Shown: positions 51,982 through 60,931 of the stretch, in pieces | How the letters are laid out: every line of letters starts with the position of its first letter | Position numbering within the stretch: the first letter of the stretch is position 1 | Origin: Calothrix sp. NIES-2098 | Lineage (GTDB): Bacteria; Cyanobacteriota; Cyanobacteriia; Cyanobacteriales; Nostocaceae | Direction of reading: 5' to 3' | Assembly (NCBI GenBank): GCA_002368175.1 | Contig: AP018172.1 | Location: 285,599 to 349,598 of the forward strand | DNA: 64,000 nt | Made by a program: the position numbers and the translations under genes | Notes under the pieces: generated by a model | What the model saw: only the letters and a program-made list of their open reading frames with translations | Databases searched by the model: none | Told to the model about the DNA's origin: nothing

Positions 51982-53409
51982 ATGGATACAGAACAAATTG
52001 CTCAACGCCGTCAAGTTGTATACTGGCGCTTACTAACGAGTATGTTTGGCTTCAGCGAACAGGGTGCAAATTTTGAACAAATGGCGACGGAAGTTGTCAG
52101 CGAGTTAAATTTACCCCCATTAATCCTCGACCCTAATATTAGTATTGAAAATTTACTGCACCGCTACCCAGAATTAGAGGCAGATTTTAATCATCCCATA
52201 ATTCCCGAAGACGACACAACACCGGAAGCAGAAACCGCCACCCTACGCCGAGGCTTAGTTTTCTCTAAATTACTCCTGAATGCTTTCGGCCCCAACACCC
52301 AAACCGGAGTTGTCACCGCGCAACAATACGCGCAATGGCTAAAAGATGTGGGATTTTTAGAAAAAGCTTTGGGATGTCAACCAGGAAGTTTACGCGGACA
52401 TGGGCCGGGAATTGGGAAAAATCCTGGACAGCAAAATCAAGGACAAGGTAGCAGTCAAAGTGGCGGTATGGGTGCGGGTTTAGGTACTGGTGGCGGTTTC
52501 ACCATTACCGAAGAACAACTGCGCGCTACCCTGAAAGCTTTAGAAGGCGAATTAATTCACCGTATGGCTTTACACGAAGTCCTCAAAGACGACAGGTTAG
52601 CCAGTCAACTTACACCATCAATGGCTTTGGTGGAACAGCTATTACGAGAAAAGGCGAATTTATCAGGAAATGCGCTGAAAAATGCCAAACGGTTAATTCA
52701 AGAATATGTAGACGAACTCGCGCAAGTTTTGCGATTACAAGTCGCGCAAGCTGTCGCCGGCAAAATTGATTATTCAGTTCCACCAAAAAGGATATTTCGC
52801 AACTTAGATTTAAAGCGGACAATTTGGAAGAATTTAACTAATTGGAATCCAGAAGAACAGAGGTTATTTGTTGATAGATTGTATTACCACCATACAGCCA
52901 AGAAAAAAACACCAACTCGCATGATTGTAGTAGTTGACCAATCAGGTTCAATGGTGGATGCGATGGTGCAATGTACAATTCTCGCGTCAATTTTCGCCGG
53001 ACTTCCCAATGTAGATGTGCATTTATTAGCGTTTGATACGCGAGTCATTGATTTAACAGCTTGGGTACATGACCCCTTTGAGGTTTTATTACGAACTCAA
53101 TTAGGTGGAGGGACGCATATTTATGCGGCGTTAGTGGAAGCGGCACAAAAGATTTTAGAGCCAAATAATACAGCGATGGTGTTAATTTCTGATTTTTATG
53201 AAGGTGGTAGCGACCAAGTTTTATTTGATTATATTAAATCGTTGAAAGAGTCGGGGTTGCATTTTATTCCCGTGGGTGCGGTGACAAGTTCTGGCTATTT
53301 CAGTGTGAATCAATGGTTTAGGGATAAGTTGAAGGAGTTGGGGATGCCGATTTTAACAGGGAGTCCGAAGAAGTTAATTCAGGAGTTAAAAAAGGTGATA
53401 GTAACTTGA
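51982..53409 (+). CDS. von Willebrand factor A (VWA) domain protein with a Gly-rich linker
   Basis: C-terminal MIDAS motif VVVDQSGSM plus downstream T and D residues. A GQGSSQSGGMGAGLGTGGG linker precedes it. Confidence 0.7.
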   Translation: MDTEQIAQRRQVVYWRLLTSMFGFSEQGANFEQMATEVVSELNLPPLILDPNISIENLLHRYPELEADFNHPIIPEDDTTPEAETATLRRGLVFSKLLLNAFGPNTQTGVVTAQQYAQWLKDVGFLEKALGCQPGSLRGHGPGIGKNPGQQNQGQGSSQSGGMGAGLGTGGGFTITEEQLRATLKALEGELIHRMALHEVLKDDRLASQLTPSMALVEQLLREKANLSGNALKNAKRLIQEYVDELAQVLRLQVAQAVAGKIDYSVPPKRIFRNLDLKRTIWKNLTNWNPEEQRLFVDRLYYHHTAKKKTPTRMIVVVDQSGSMVDAMVQCTILASIFAGLPNVDVHLLAFDTRVIDLTAWVHDPFEVLLRTQLGGGTHIYAALVEAAQKILEPNNTAMVLISDFYEGGSDQVLFDYIKSLKESGLHFIPVGAVTSSGYFSVNQWFRDKLKELGMPILTGSPKKLIQELKKVIVT

Positions 53410-53457
53410 AAAATATTTATTTTTTAACACACAATTCTTTCTCATTCTTCTTCTTTG

Positions 53458-53523
53458 TGACCTTCGCGCCTTCGCGGTTCGTAAAAAAATAAACCACGAA
53501 GACGCGAAGAACGCGAAGGGAAG
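53458..53523. repeat. GC-rich imperfect hairpin repeat (intergenic, after the VWA gene)
   Basis: CCTTCGCGCCTTCGCGGTTCG - AT-rich loop - CGAAGACGCGAAGAACGCGAAGG. A related copy lies at 54748-54830. Confidence 0.55.
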
Positions 53524-53565
53524 AGAGTTTAAGAGAGATTTTACATTAATTATTAGGAGATAAAA

Positions 53566-54720
53566 ATGGCAAAGGCTAAAAGTAATACTACAAGTAGCGA
53601 GACTAAAGATAATACTGTCATGCTGCGCCAACCAGCCGAATTAAAATATGCAGAAGAATTAGAATATTTAGCCTCAATTGATAAAGGTACAAAACCCTTT
53701 TCTTGGCGACTGTCGCCGCAAATGGTACGCACCTTTGTATTAGGAAGTACCCCATCGCAAAAATTAGACCACCAAATTGAACAGAAATGGTACGGAGATA
53801 GTGCGATCGCAGAACGTGCTATTGTCACTTTAGCTTCTGACCGGGGTTTACTCTTAATTGGCGACCCCGGTACAGGTAAAAGCTGGTTAGCAGAATTACT
53901 TGCAGCAGCAATTTCTGGGAATTCCACCTATGTAGTTCAGGGAACTGCGGGAACAACAGAAGACCAAATTAAATATTCTTGGAATGTGGCGATGGTAATC
54001 GCATCTGGTCAATCCCGCGATTCTTTGATACCCTCACCCATTATGACAGCCATGCATAGCGGTGCAATGGGCAGATTTGAGGAATTGACACGCTGTACTT
54101 CCGATGTGCAAGATGCACTGATATCCATACTGAGTGAAAAGTATATTTCCATTCCCGAACTAAAGATAGATAACGTAGCTTTCGCACAACCCGGGTTTAA
54201 TGTCATCGCCACAGCCAACAGCCGCGACAGGGGTGTCAATGAACTTTCTTCAGCGTTGAAACGGCGGTTTAATTTCGTACATATGCCTGTGGTGACGAAT
54301 AAGAAACAAGAAAAAGAAATTATCCTCTTCCGCACCAAGGAATTAATGAATCGTCACGGCTTTGAAGTGGATGTTCCGCCAACATTATTAGATGTATTAT
54401 TGCAGACCTTTGCCGACTTACGCGAAACCAGCGCCGCCGCTAGTTCCGACGACCAGCGTTTAGAATCGGCGCTTTCTACAGCCGAACAAATCGGTGTGTT
54501 AGAAGATGCAATTTTACACAGCCGATATTTTGGTGCGACTAATTTAGAAGCGGGTGCATTAGCTAAATCATTAGTCGGTACTTTAGTACGTCGTCAACCA
54601 GAAGATATTTCTGTGATGAATCAATTTTGGCACGCCGTTGTAGAGAAGCGCAGTCAAGAATACAAAGGTGAATGGGAAGACTTTCTCGAAGGTGGGAAAC
54701 AAGCGATGGGGTTATTTTAA
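53566..54720 (+). CDS. MoxR-like AAA+ ATPase
   Basis: Walker A LLLIGDPGTGKSW, Walker B and sensor region NVIATANSRD, and arginine finger SALKRRF. A GGAGA ribosome-binding site precedes the ATG. Confidence 0.7.
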   Translation: MAKAKSNTTSSETKDNTVMLRQPAELKYAEELEYLASIDKGTKPFSWRLSPQMVRTFVLGSTPSQKLDHQIEQKWYGDSAIAERAIVTLASDRGLLLIGDPGTGKSWLAELLAAAISGNSTYVVQGTAGTTEDQIKYSWNVAMVIASGQSRDSLIPSPIMTAMHSGAMGRFEELTRCTSDVQDALISILSEKYISIPELKIDNVAFAQPGFNVIATANSRDRGVNELSSALKRRFNFVHMPVVTNKKQEKEIILFRTKELMNRHGFEVDVPPTLLDVLLQTFADLRETSAAASSDDQRLESALSTAEQIGVLEDAILHSRYFGATNLEAGALAKSLVGTLVRRQPEDISVMNQFWHAVVEKRSQEYKGEWEDFLEGGKQAMGLF

Positions 54721-54747
54721 GCATTACGCAAAAACCTCTCAAACTCT

Positions 54748-54830
54748 TCCTCCTTCGTGTCCTTCGCGCCTTTGCGGTTCGTTTCTATCTTTTATTCTCA
54801 CGCAAAGGCGCAAAGACGCAAAGAAGAACT
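54748..54830. repeat. GC-rich hairpin repeat (intergenic, after the AAA+ gene), same family as 53458-53523
   Basis: CCTTCGCGCCTTTGCGGTTCG - loop - CGCAAAGGCGCAAAGACGCAAAG with a perfect 11-bp stem GCGCCTTTGCG / CGCAAAGGCGC. Confidence 0.55.
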
Positions 54831-54856
54831 CCAAATATTTGGAAACTTCCTAAACT

Positions 54857-57679
54857 ATGAGCCTACCCACTGCATTCAACGCACTCCAAGAACAACTCCT
54901 CAACGCGGCGGAAAAATTCGCTACTGATGCACAACCATTAAGCGAAATGCTAACCGCTTTAATCAAAGATGTAGAAAAAGCCAGCAGCGAACCCCTAGAA
55001 ATTTTCCCCGTATGTCACCATTCCCCATCCTCCGCTTTACAAATGGTGCGACGGTTACGGGAAAAACCGCCGAAAGTCATCTACTTAGAACTATGCGAAG
55101 ACTTACAAAACACCGTGGAAAATTTACGTGATTGTAAATTACCCGTCGCTTTACAAGCCTTCGCTGCCGAATCTGAGCATTTTTCGCCCAAAATCATGCC
55201 TTTGAGTGTGGTTGCACCTATAACTGAAGCTTCCGCAGAATATCAAGCGATCGCATTTGCACTCCAACACCCCGACACTCAATTAGTCTTTGTCGATCGC
55301 GCTGTTGATTTTGTCTTTCAATGGGAACCTCCTGATAAAAAACTGGCTGAAGAATCTGAAGAACCCGCCAGCGATGAAGCGAAAATGCATGGTTCGGCGG
55401 TAGGTGTAGAAGTAGGTAACCTCGTCCCCACTTTTGACCAATTTTTAAGCTTTTTACTCCGCAACTCCAATACTCGCCACTTTTCGGAATGGTGGGATGA
55501 GTATGTAGAAACAGCAATTATCGGCGCAGACTACGATACTTACCGCCAAGTCATGTTCCTCATCGGTAGCTTAATGCGCCGCTTAGGAACTCGCAACAAA
55601 GATATCGAAATCGACCGCCAGCGCGAACGCTATATGTGGACTTCCATGAAAAAACACATGGCGGCACATAATATTGCACCTGAGGAAGCTATCTATATAT
55701 GTGGTGCAGCGCACTCTGCTAGTGATGTAGAAGAATACAGCGTTACTAATAATAATCTCTGGGAAATCCCGGAACGCACCCAAACTAAATGGTTATATGG
55801 TTTAATTCCTTCCAGTTTTGCGGCTATTGAATACCAATTTCATCACCCGGCGGGTACGGTATCGCTAGCAGAAGCGACTTGGAAAAAAAATCTCAAGGTT
55901 ACAGGCTTAAAAGGATTTTCGCTCAATAAAGAAGAGAAAGCAACTAAAACTAAACCAAGTCCTGTTACAGCCACCAATTCCACTCTCGCAGCCTTCTTAA
56001 CTCGTCCCCCAGAATTAGCTAAAGCCGATACCGAACAATTATTGCAATGGTGCGCTGATATTGTCGGATTAGCACGTAAAAATGCCTATTTAGCGAGTAC
56101 CGCTGACTCTATCGCCATTTATCAAACCTCAATGTTGCTAGCGGGGATGCGGAACCGAATGCACCCCACACCTTACGATTTCCAAGATGCAGCCATAACT
56201 TGTCTCGAAAAAGACCGCACTCCCAAAAAACGCAATATTTACCAACTTTGCCAAATTTTACTCGGAGGCGATCGCATTGGTACGGTTGGTTACGCTTCTT
56301 TACCTCCCCTAGCGCAAGATGTGTATGACAGACTTCAACCTTTAGGAGTCAACCTACTTGCACAAACCAACCAACGCGCCTTAATGGATTTCAAGCAGCA
56401 ACCGGAACTTTTACCATGTTCGGATGTGCTGTGGCGATTGCATTATTTGTTGGGTGATACGATTGTCAAACCCATTATGGGCGATCGCAGTCTTGGTTCC
56501 AAACCGATTCAAGAATCTTGGGAAATTCGCATCGGTAAATACCAGCGCCATCTCATTATGCTTGGTTATGAAGGTGTCAGCATCGAGCAAGTTTTAGAAC
56601 AGCGTCTCAAACAAACAGCTTTCTCTCCCCAAGCCAAAACCAGCGATGTTCTCAAAGCCACAGAAGATAGTATTTTATACGCACGCAGCCTCCGCTTAAC
56701 GCAAGAACTCGGAGAACACGCGATTTCTCTCCTCAAACAAGAAACTGGTGTCAGCGATGCACCCCAAGTATTTGAACGAGTCCGCAGGTTAGTCCATTAC
56801 TACCGCGCCACACCCACAGGCTTACCACAATGGATAGAGCGTTTTGTTACTACAGGCTACGGACATTACGCTACCTTACTACCCCAAGCCTTTGCAGATA
56901 GGGGAACTACACCCGAACAAATCGCCGGGATGCTAAATTTTATCTTCACCCTAGAAAGTTTGGCGCTATCTCTCGGTTGTAACCGCAGTCAATTATTAAT
57001 CGGTGTCAAACAATCCAGCCAAGGGTTAGACGACCCCGCCAAAATAGGTTTATTGTGGACAACCGAATGGTTACTAACATTAAGAAAATTAGAAGAAATT
57101 CGGGAATTCTTCAATGATGTAATTAACAACGAAATGTTAATTAAATCTTTCCCCGAATACTTAAATGGGTTTATTTTATCTTTAACATTTGCACCCAGAA
57201 TTAGTAAATTTGTCGTCGAACTGTTGAGTAAATTATTCGCCACAGTTCCCGATAAAATTTTATTACCTTGGCTACCCAGTCTGATTCTCAAACTGCGACC
57301 CCATGCTCAAATCTTGCAAGCATTAATCAAAGAAGGCTCAAGTAATTTCCCGAAAAATTTAGCTGGCTTTAATAGCTGGGTTCCCGCCTGGTCAAAACCG
57401 CAAGCTGAAATTAAAGAACAGGTCAAACAAGTCGAGGCTGTACCAACACTCAGCGAAAATGAGTTAAAAATCCGAGAATTTGTGTTTAATTCTCCAGCCA
57501 CAACCAATGCGCTAGCTAAACTACTTGGTATTGAAAATTTAACTTGGCAAGAAAATTTAGAAGCAAAGATAAATTTAAGCGATCGCTTATCTGAAAAAGA
57601 GCTAAAAATGCAAGAATTAATTACTACTCATCCAGCTACATTAAACTACTTTGCTGGCATGATTAATTCAACATTTTGA
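54857..57679 (+). CDS. large hypothetical protein (940 aa), terminal gene of the SWIM-VWA-MoxR cluster
   Basis: Long ORF with good coding potential and no domain I can name. The C-terminus contains two degenerate copies of about 35 aa (SENELKIREFVFNSPATTNALAKLL / SEKELKMQELITTHPATLNYFAGMI). Confidence 0.55.
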   Translation: MSLPTAFNALQEQLLNAAEKFATDAQPLSEMLTALIKDVEKASSEPLEIFPVCHHSPSSALQMVRRLREKPPKVIYLELCEDLQNTVENLRDCKLPVALQAFAAESEHFSPKIMPLSVVAPITEASAEYQAIAFALQHPDTQLVFVDRAVDFVFQWEPPDKKLAEESEEPASDEAKMHGSAVGVEVGNLVPTFDQFLSFLLRNSNTRHFSEWWDEYVETAIIGADYDTYRQVMFLIGSLMRRLGTRNKDIEIDRQRERYMWTSMKKHMAAHNIAPEEAIYICGAAHSASDVEEYSVTNNNLWEIPERTQTKWLYGLIPSSFAAIEYQFHHPAGTVSLAEATWKKNLKVTGLKGFSLNKEEKATKTKPSPVTATNSTLAAFLTRPPELAKADTEQLLQWCADIVGLARKNAYLASTADSIAIYQTSMLLAGMRNRMHPTPYDFQDAAITCLEKDRTPKKRNIYQLCQILLGGDRIGTVGYASLPPLAQDVYDRLQPLGVNLLAQTNQRALMDFKQQPELLPCSDVLWRLHYLLGDTIVKPIMGDRSLGSKPIQESWEIRIGKYQRHLIMLGYEGVSIEQVLEQRLKQTAFSPQAKTSDVLKATEDSILYARSLRLTQELGEHAISLLKQETGVSDAPQVFERVRRLVHYYRATPTGLPQWIERFVTTGYGHYATLLPQAFADRGTTPEQIAGMLNFIFTLESLALSLGCNRSQLLIGVKQSSQGLDDPAKIGLLWTTEWLLTLRKLEEIREFFNDVINNEMLIKSFPEYLNGFILSLTFAPRISKFVVELLSKLFATVPDKILLPWLPSLILKLRPHAQILQALIKEGSSNFPKNLAGFNSWVPAWSKPQAEIKEQVKQVEAVPTLSENELKIREFVFNSPATTNALAKLLGIENLTWQENLEAKINLSDRLSEKELKMQELITTHPATLNYFAGMINSTF

Positions 57680-57728
57680 CTCATGAATTTTCATCAAGGG
57701 CGGGTAAATCCCGCCCTTACGACGGAAT

Positions 57729-58142
57729 TCAAAAATCCTCCAAACCTACTGTCATAAAGCGTTCGATTATCGGATCGATTTCTGCTCTTAATTCCTTGCT
57801 AAAATCCGATTCTGCTCTTAATTCCTTGCTAGAATCTGATTCAATAACCTCAGTCTGACGCTCAATCTTTTGTTCAACTGGCTGAGAAATTGATTTTACT
57901 GGCTGTGGTGGCTCTTCACTCACAGCAATTACAGGAACCGAAGGCGGTAGCGATTGCTCTGACGATGGTACGTGAGATTTGGACTTGAGTTGCGTAAGTT
58001 GTGTAGTTGCACCCAGTCCCAGCATTGCACCAGCAACTGTAAACATTGCAGTCTGATTCAAGTATTGAACGCCCAAATATCCCAGTGCGATCGCAGATAC
58101 TGTGGCGGTGATGCTTCCCATGATAACTTGCTGTTGTTTCAA
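57729..58142 (-). CDS. hypothetical small membrane-anchored protein with a Pro-rich segment and a tandem decapeptide repeat
   Basis: N-terminal TM helix, PPSVPVIAVSEEPPQP, and the repeat SDSSKELRAE / SDFSKELRAE encoded by a 30-bp tandem DNA repeat. Confidence 0.35.
   Translation of the reverse strand: MKQQQVIMGSITATVSAIALGYLGVQYLNQTAMFTVAGAMLGLGATTQLTQLKSKSHVPSSEQSLPPSVPVIAVSEEPPQPVKSISQPVEQKIERQTEVIESDSSKELRAESDFSKELRAEIDPIIERFMTVGLEDF
57770..57840. repeat. 30-bp tandem direct repeat, about 2.2 copies
   Basis: The unit TTCTGCTCTTAATTCCTTGCTA(A/G)AATC(C/T)GA is seen twice, plus a partial copy. Confidence 0.7.
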
Positions 58143-58572
58143 TTGTTTATCCTTAACTTCGTTGGTAGTTTAGATTGAGTTAGCCCCTGAATTTGATGTA
58201 GCATCGATCGCGGTTTGTCCTATGACATAACTACCTTCTAACAAGAAATACTGGTAGCCAAGCAGACCTAATATGGTTACTCAAGGTAGGGTGATTTTGC
58301 GTTGTGCTTGCAGAGCAGAGAAAGCTTTTGAGATTTAGCCTCATCCTTTCAAATCTGTATCTACTGACAACAGTCAACCTTTTGCTACATACTGATAGAG
58401 ATTATACAGATAACGCATTTGATGCAATTTGGCAAGTAACTTTAGACACAAGATGTAATATTGCTCAATTTACCGTGGATTGGGACAAACAACAAGTTCC
58501 ATGCTCAGTAACCCTTTTCCCACCCATCAACGCAGAGTCTGACTGTCAACGATTGTTAGGCATTAGACTTGC

Positions 58573-58932
58573 TTAAGGTAGTAGTTGTAACTTCAGTCTA
58601 CCAGTGGTCAGCATAGCGTAACCAATCCTTACCGCTATCAATGCCACAGCAAATGAGATAAGCGAAATTGGAGCAATAAAAATTACACTACTCATGATCG
58701 CATAAGCTAAACTACCAGCAATTAACAACCAAGCATATTGACGATTCTGTCCGCCATACTTCAAGCACAATATTCCTGATATTGTCAAAACCATCACAGG
58801 CAAGGTAGGGATAAAGTATCCAGATAAAATTACACTACTTGCCAAAACCTTGATGCCAAATAGCATGGAAGCCAATCCAATAAGTCTGATAAGAAATTTC
58901 ATCTTGATATCTATTGCTATGAAGGTGAGCAA
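58573..58932 (-). CDS. hypothetical small integral membrane protein
   Basis: 119 aa with three to four hydrophobic helices. No homology recognised. Confidence 0.3.
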   Translation of the reverse strand: MLTFIAIDIKMKFLIRLIGLASMLFGIKVLASSVILSGYFIPTLPVMVLTISGILCLKYGGQNRQYAWLLIAGSLAYAIMSSVIFIAPISLISFAVALIAVRIGYAMLTTGRLKLQLLP

Positions 58933-59026
58933 TAGAATTTAGGTTTTGCAAATGCAAATTATGCAAAAACTATCCCCAGATTTCGCCTATGCTACGTCTG
59001 GGAATGCCATTTACTATACTTTTGTT

Positions 59027-59662
59027 TTAGCTAAAGACTTTCGCCAGGTTACTTAACCTTTCATAAACAGGAACCAAGCGATCGCCTTCAATTTCAACAG
59101 TAGGATGGGGATAGTTACGAATCGCTCCCAGCAGTGTAACTTCACCATTTTGGCTAATAGATGTACTCAAAGCACTTCGCAGTGCTTGCTGATTGAGTTC
59201 TCCCTCAGGAGGATGAACTACCTCACCAATTTGATTAACTAAAATAGGCCCAGCCCAGCTAGACAGCAAGTTATTTAAAAAGGTGCGATCGGCTTTGATC
59301 CCGGCTGATAGCGCCTTACGAGCTAATGCAGGATTTTGTTTAGCCGCTTGTAAATAAGCCCTCAGCGTGGGAGTAGTCTTGCCACTTTCCACAAACTGGT
59401 TTAATTCTTGTACAGAGATTGGCCCTTGAAAATTACCATACTTCAAAACAACTTGCTCGGCAGCATTAGCATTTGGGCTGAAAAATAGAATACTAGCACC
59501 CACTCCTAAACCTACTGTCTGTCCAAGTAATTTAATAAATTGTTTCTTGCTAAATTGATGGAAATGGTTAAAAATCTGCATTTTCTCAAACTTCCTAGTG
59601 GTATAGAGAGCTTTTACTGCATTTAATTGAGCATTTAAGCCCATAACTTGAAAAGCACTCAT
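59027..59662 (-). CDS. hypothetical exported protein (possibly cyanobacterial DUF1400-like)
   Basis: Internal hydrophobic signal-like segment TVGLGVGASILFFSPNANA. The DUF assignment is from memory and weak. Confidence 0.35.
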   Translation of the reverse strand: MSAFQVMGLNAQLNAVKALYTTRKFEKMQIFNHFHQFSKKQFIKLLGQTVGLGVGASILFFSPNANAAEQVVLKYGNFQGPISVQELNQFVESGKTTPTLRAYLQAAKQNPALARKALSAGIKADRTFLNNLLSSWAGPILVNQIGEVVHPPEGELNQQALRSALSTSISQNGEVTLLGAIRNYPHPTVEIEGDRLVPVYERLSNLAKVFS

Positions 59663-59849
59663 ACTACAATTTGATTTCCTATATTAATATTAGGCTCTGA
59701 ATAGAAAATGACACTCTGGCTATGGGTTGAAAGTTGCCATTATAGTTATGAAATTTTGGGCGATCGCAGATTTTAGCGAACTCAAGTATAATTCACGATC
59801 GATGGTTATATCAGCCACCTCTATTTTTGGAAATCTGTGGTTATGAGAA

Positions 59850-60053
59850 ATGTCTAAGCATTTTCCCTTTGAAAATATTAACCAAATGCAACAATGGTAT
59901 CAAGGAATCAAAGATGCCAACCGCAATAATATTTTCTGTCATTGTCGTGCGTGTGGTTATGAGTGGATGGATTCAACATTTGATGCTATTTGTAGTAAAT
60001 GCAATAGCAGAAATGTAGAAAGTATTTCATCTTGGCAATTTCCAGATGATTAA
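59850..60053 (+). CDS. hypothetical small zinc-ribbon protein
   Basis: CHCRACGYEW ... CSKCNS gives two CxxC-like pairs. Short ORF, low confidence. Confidence 0.25.
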   Translation: MSKHFPFENINQMQQWYQGIKDANRNNIFCHCRACGYEWMDSTFDAICSKCNSRNVESISSWQFPDD

Positions 60054-60071
60054 ATTTAAAATTTACCGTAT

Positions 60072-60623
60072 ATGAAACAAAATTGGTCACAAGACAAGTA
60101 CATTAAAGCCTATGAATTTGCTGCAAAAGCACATCAAGGTCAGAAGATGCCCGGTTCAGAAATACCTTACATTATGCACTTAAGTTTTGTAAGTATGGAA
60201 GTAATTGCTGCCTTAAATGCAGAGAAAGAAGCCGACGGAAATCTGGCAATACAATGTGCTATTTTGCATGACACTATCGAAGATACAAGTAAAACTTACG
60301 AGCAAATAACAGAAGAATTCGGTGAAGCAGTAGCTAAAGGCGTACTGGCGTTAACTAAAGATAGTAATTTAGCCAAAAATCTACAGATGGCAGATAGTTT
60401 GCACAGAATCAAACAACAGCCAAAAGAAATCTGGATGGTTAAATTAGCAGATAGAATTACTAATCTCCAAGCACCACCACATTATTGGACTACAGATAAA
60501 ATTACTCGCTATCGAGAAGAAGGGATTCAGATTTATGAAGCTTTGAAAGATGCTAGTGATTTTCTAGCTTCACGTTTAGCTATTAAAATTGAAGATTATC
60601 AATCATTTATTTATCAAGTATAA
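60072..60623 (+). CDS. HD-domain phosphohydrolase, small (p)ppGpp-hydrolase-like (SpoT/RelA HD, Mesh1/SAH-type)
   Basis: HQGQKMPGSEIPYIMHLSFV and ILHDTIEDT match the RelA/SpoT hydrolase HD signature in a stand-alone 183-aa protein. Confidence 0.6.
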   Translation: MKQNWSQDKYIKAYEFAAKAHQGQKMPGSEIPYIMHLSFVSMEVIAALNAEKEADGNLAIQCAILHDTIEDTSKTYEQITEEFGEAVAKGVLALTKDSNLAKNLQMADSLHRIKQQPKEIWMVKLADRITNLQAPPHYWTTDKITRYREEGIQIYEALKDASDFLASRLAIKIEDYQSFIYQV

Positions 60624-60635
60624 ATGAATAGCTTA

Positions 60636-60827
60636 TTATCCTATTACTTCCCCAACATCATAAGTTTTCCCTTCGATCGTTACACGATCGCCTGAAACTA
60701 ATTTCCGTCCTCTTCGGGTTTCAACTATGCCATTAACTTTGACATAACCATCAAGAATCATCAGTTTAGCTTGTCCTCCAGTTGAGGCTATACCTATTAA
60801 CTTTAAAAACTGATCGAGTTTAATCAT
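60636..60827 (-). CDS. S4-domain RNA-binding protein (YbcJ-like)
   Basis: 63 aa; KLMILDGYVKVNGIVETRRGRKLVSGDRV is an S4 fold signature. Confidence 0.55.
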   Translation of the reverse strand: MIKLDQFLKLIGIASTGGQAKLMILDGYVKVNGIVETRRGRKLVSGDRVTIEGKTYDVGEVIG

Positions 60828-60931
60828 CTTATAAGGATTATCAATAAAATATTGAATTTTTCACCCTTGTGTCTCTGTGGTTCATAAAAAGCTTATAACT
60901 ACAATTTTATAATTCCCAAAGACACATCAAA

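Noticed and set aside
57770-57840. Possible CRISPR array
   Set aside because: Only about 2.2 direct copies with no unique spacers between them. It sits inside an ORF and has no cas genes nearby, so it is a simple tandem duplication.
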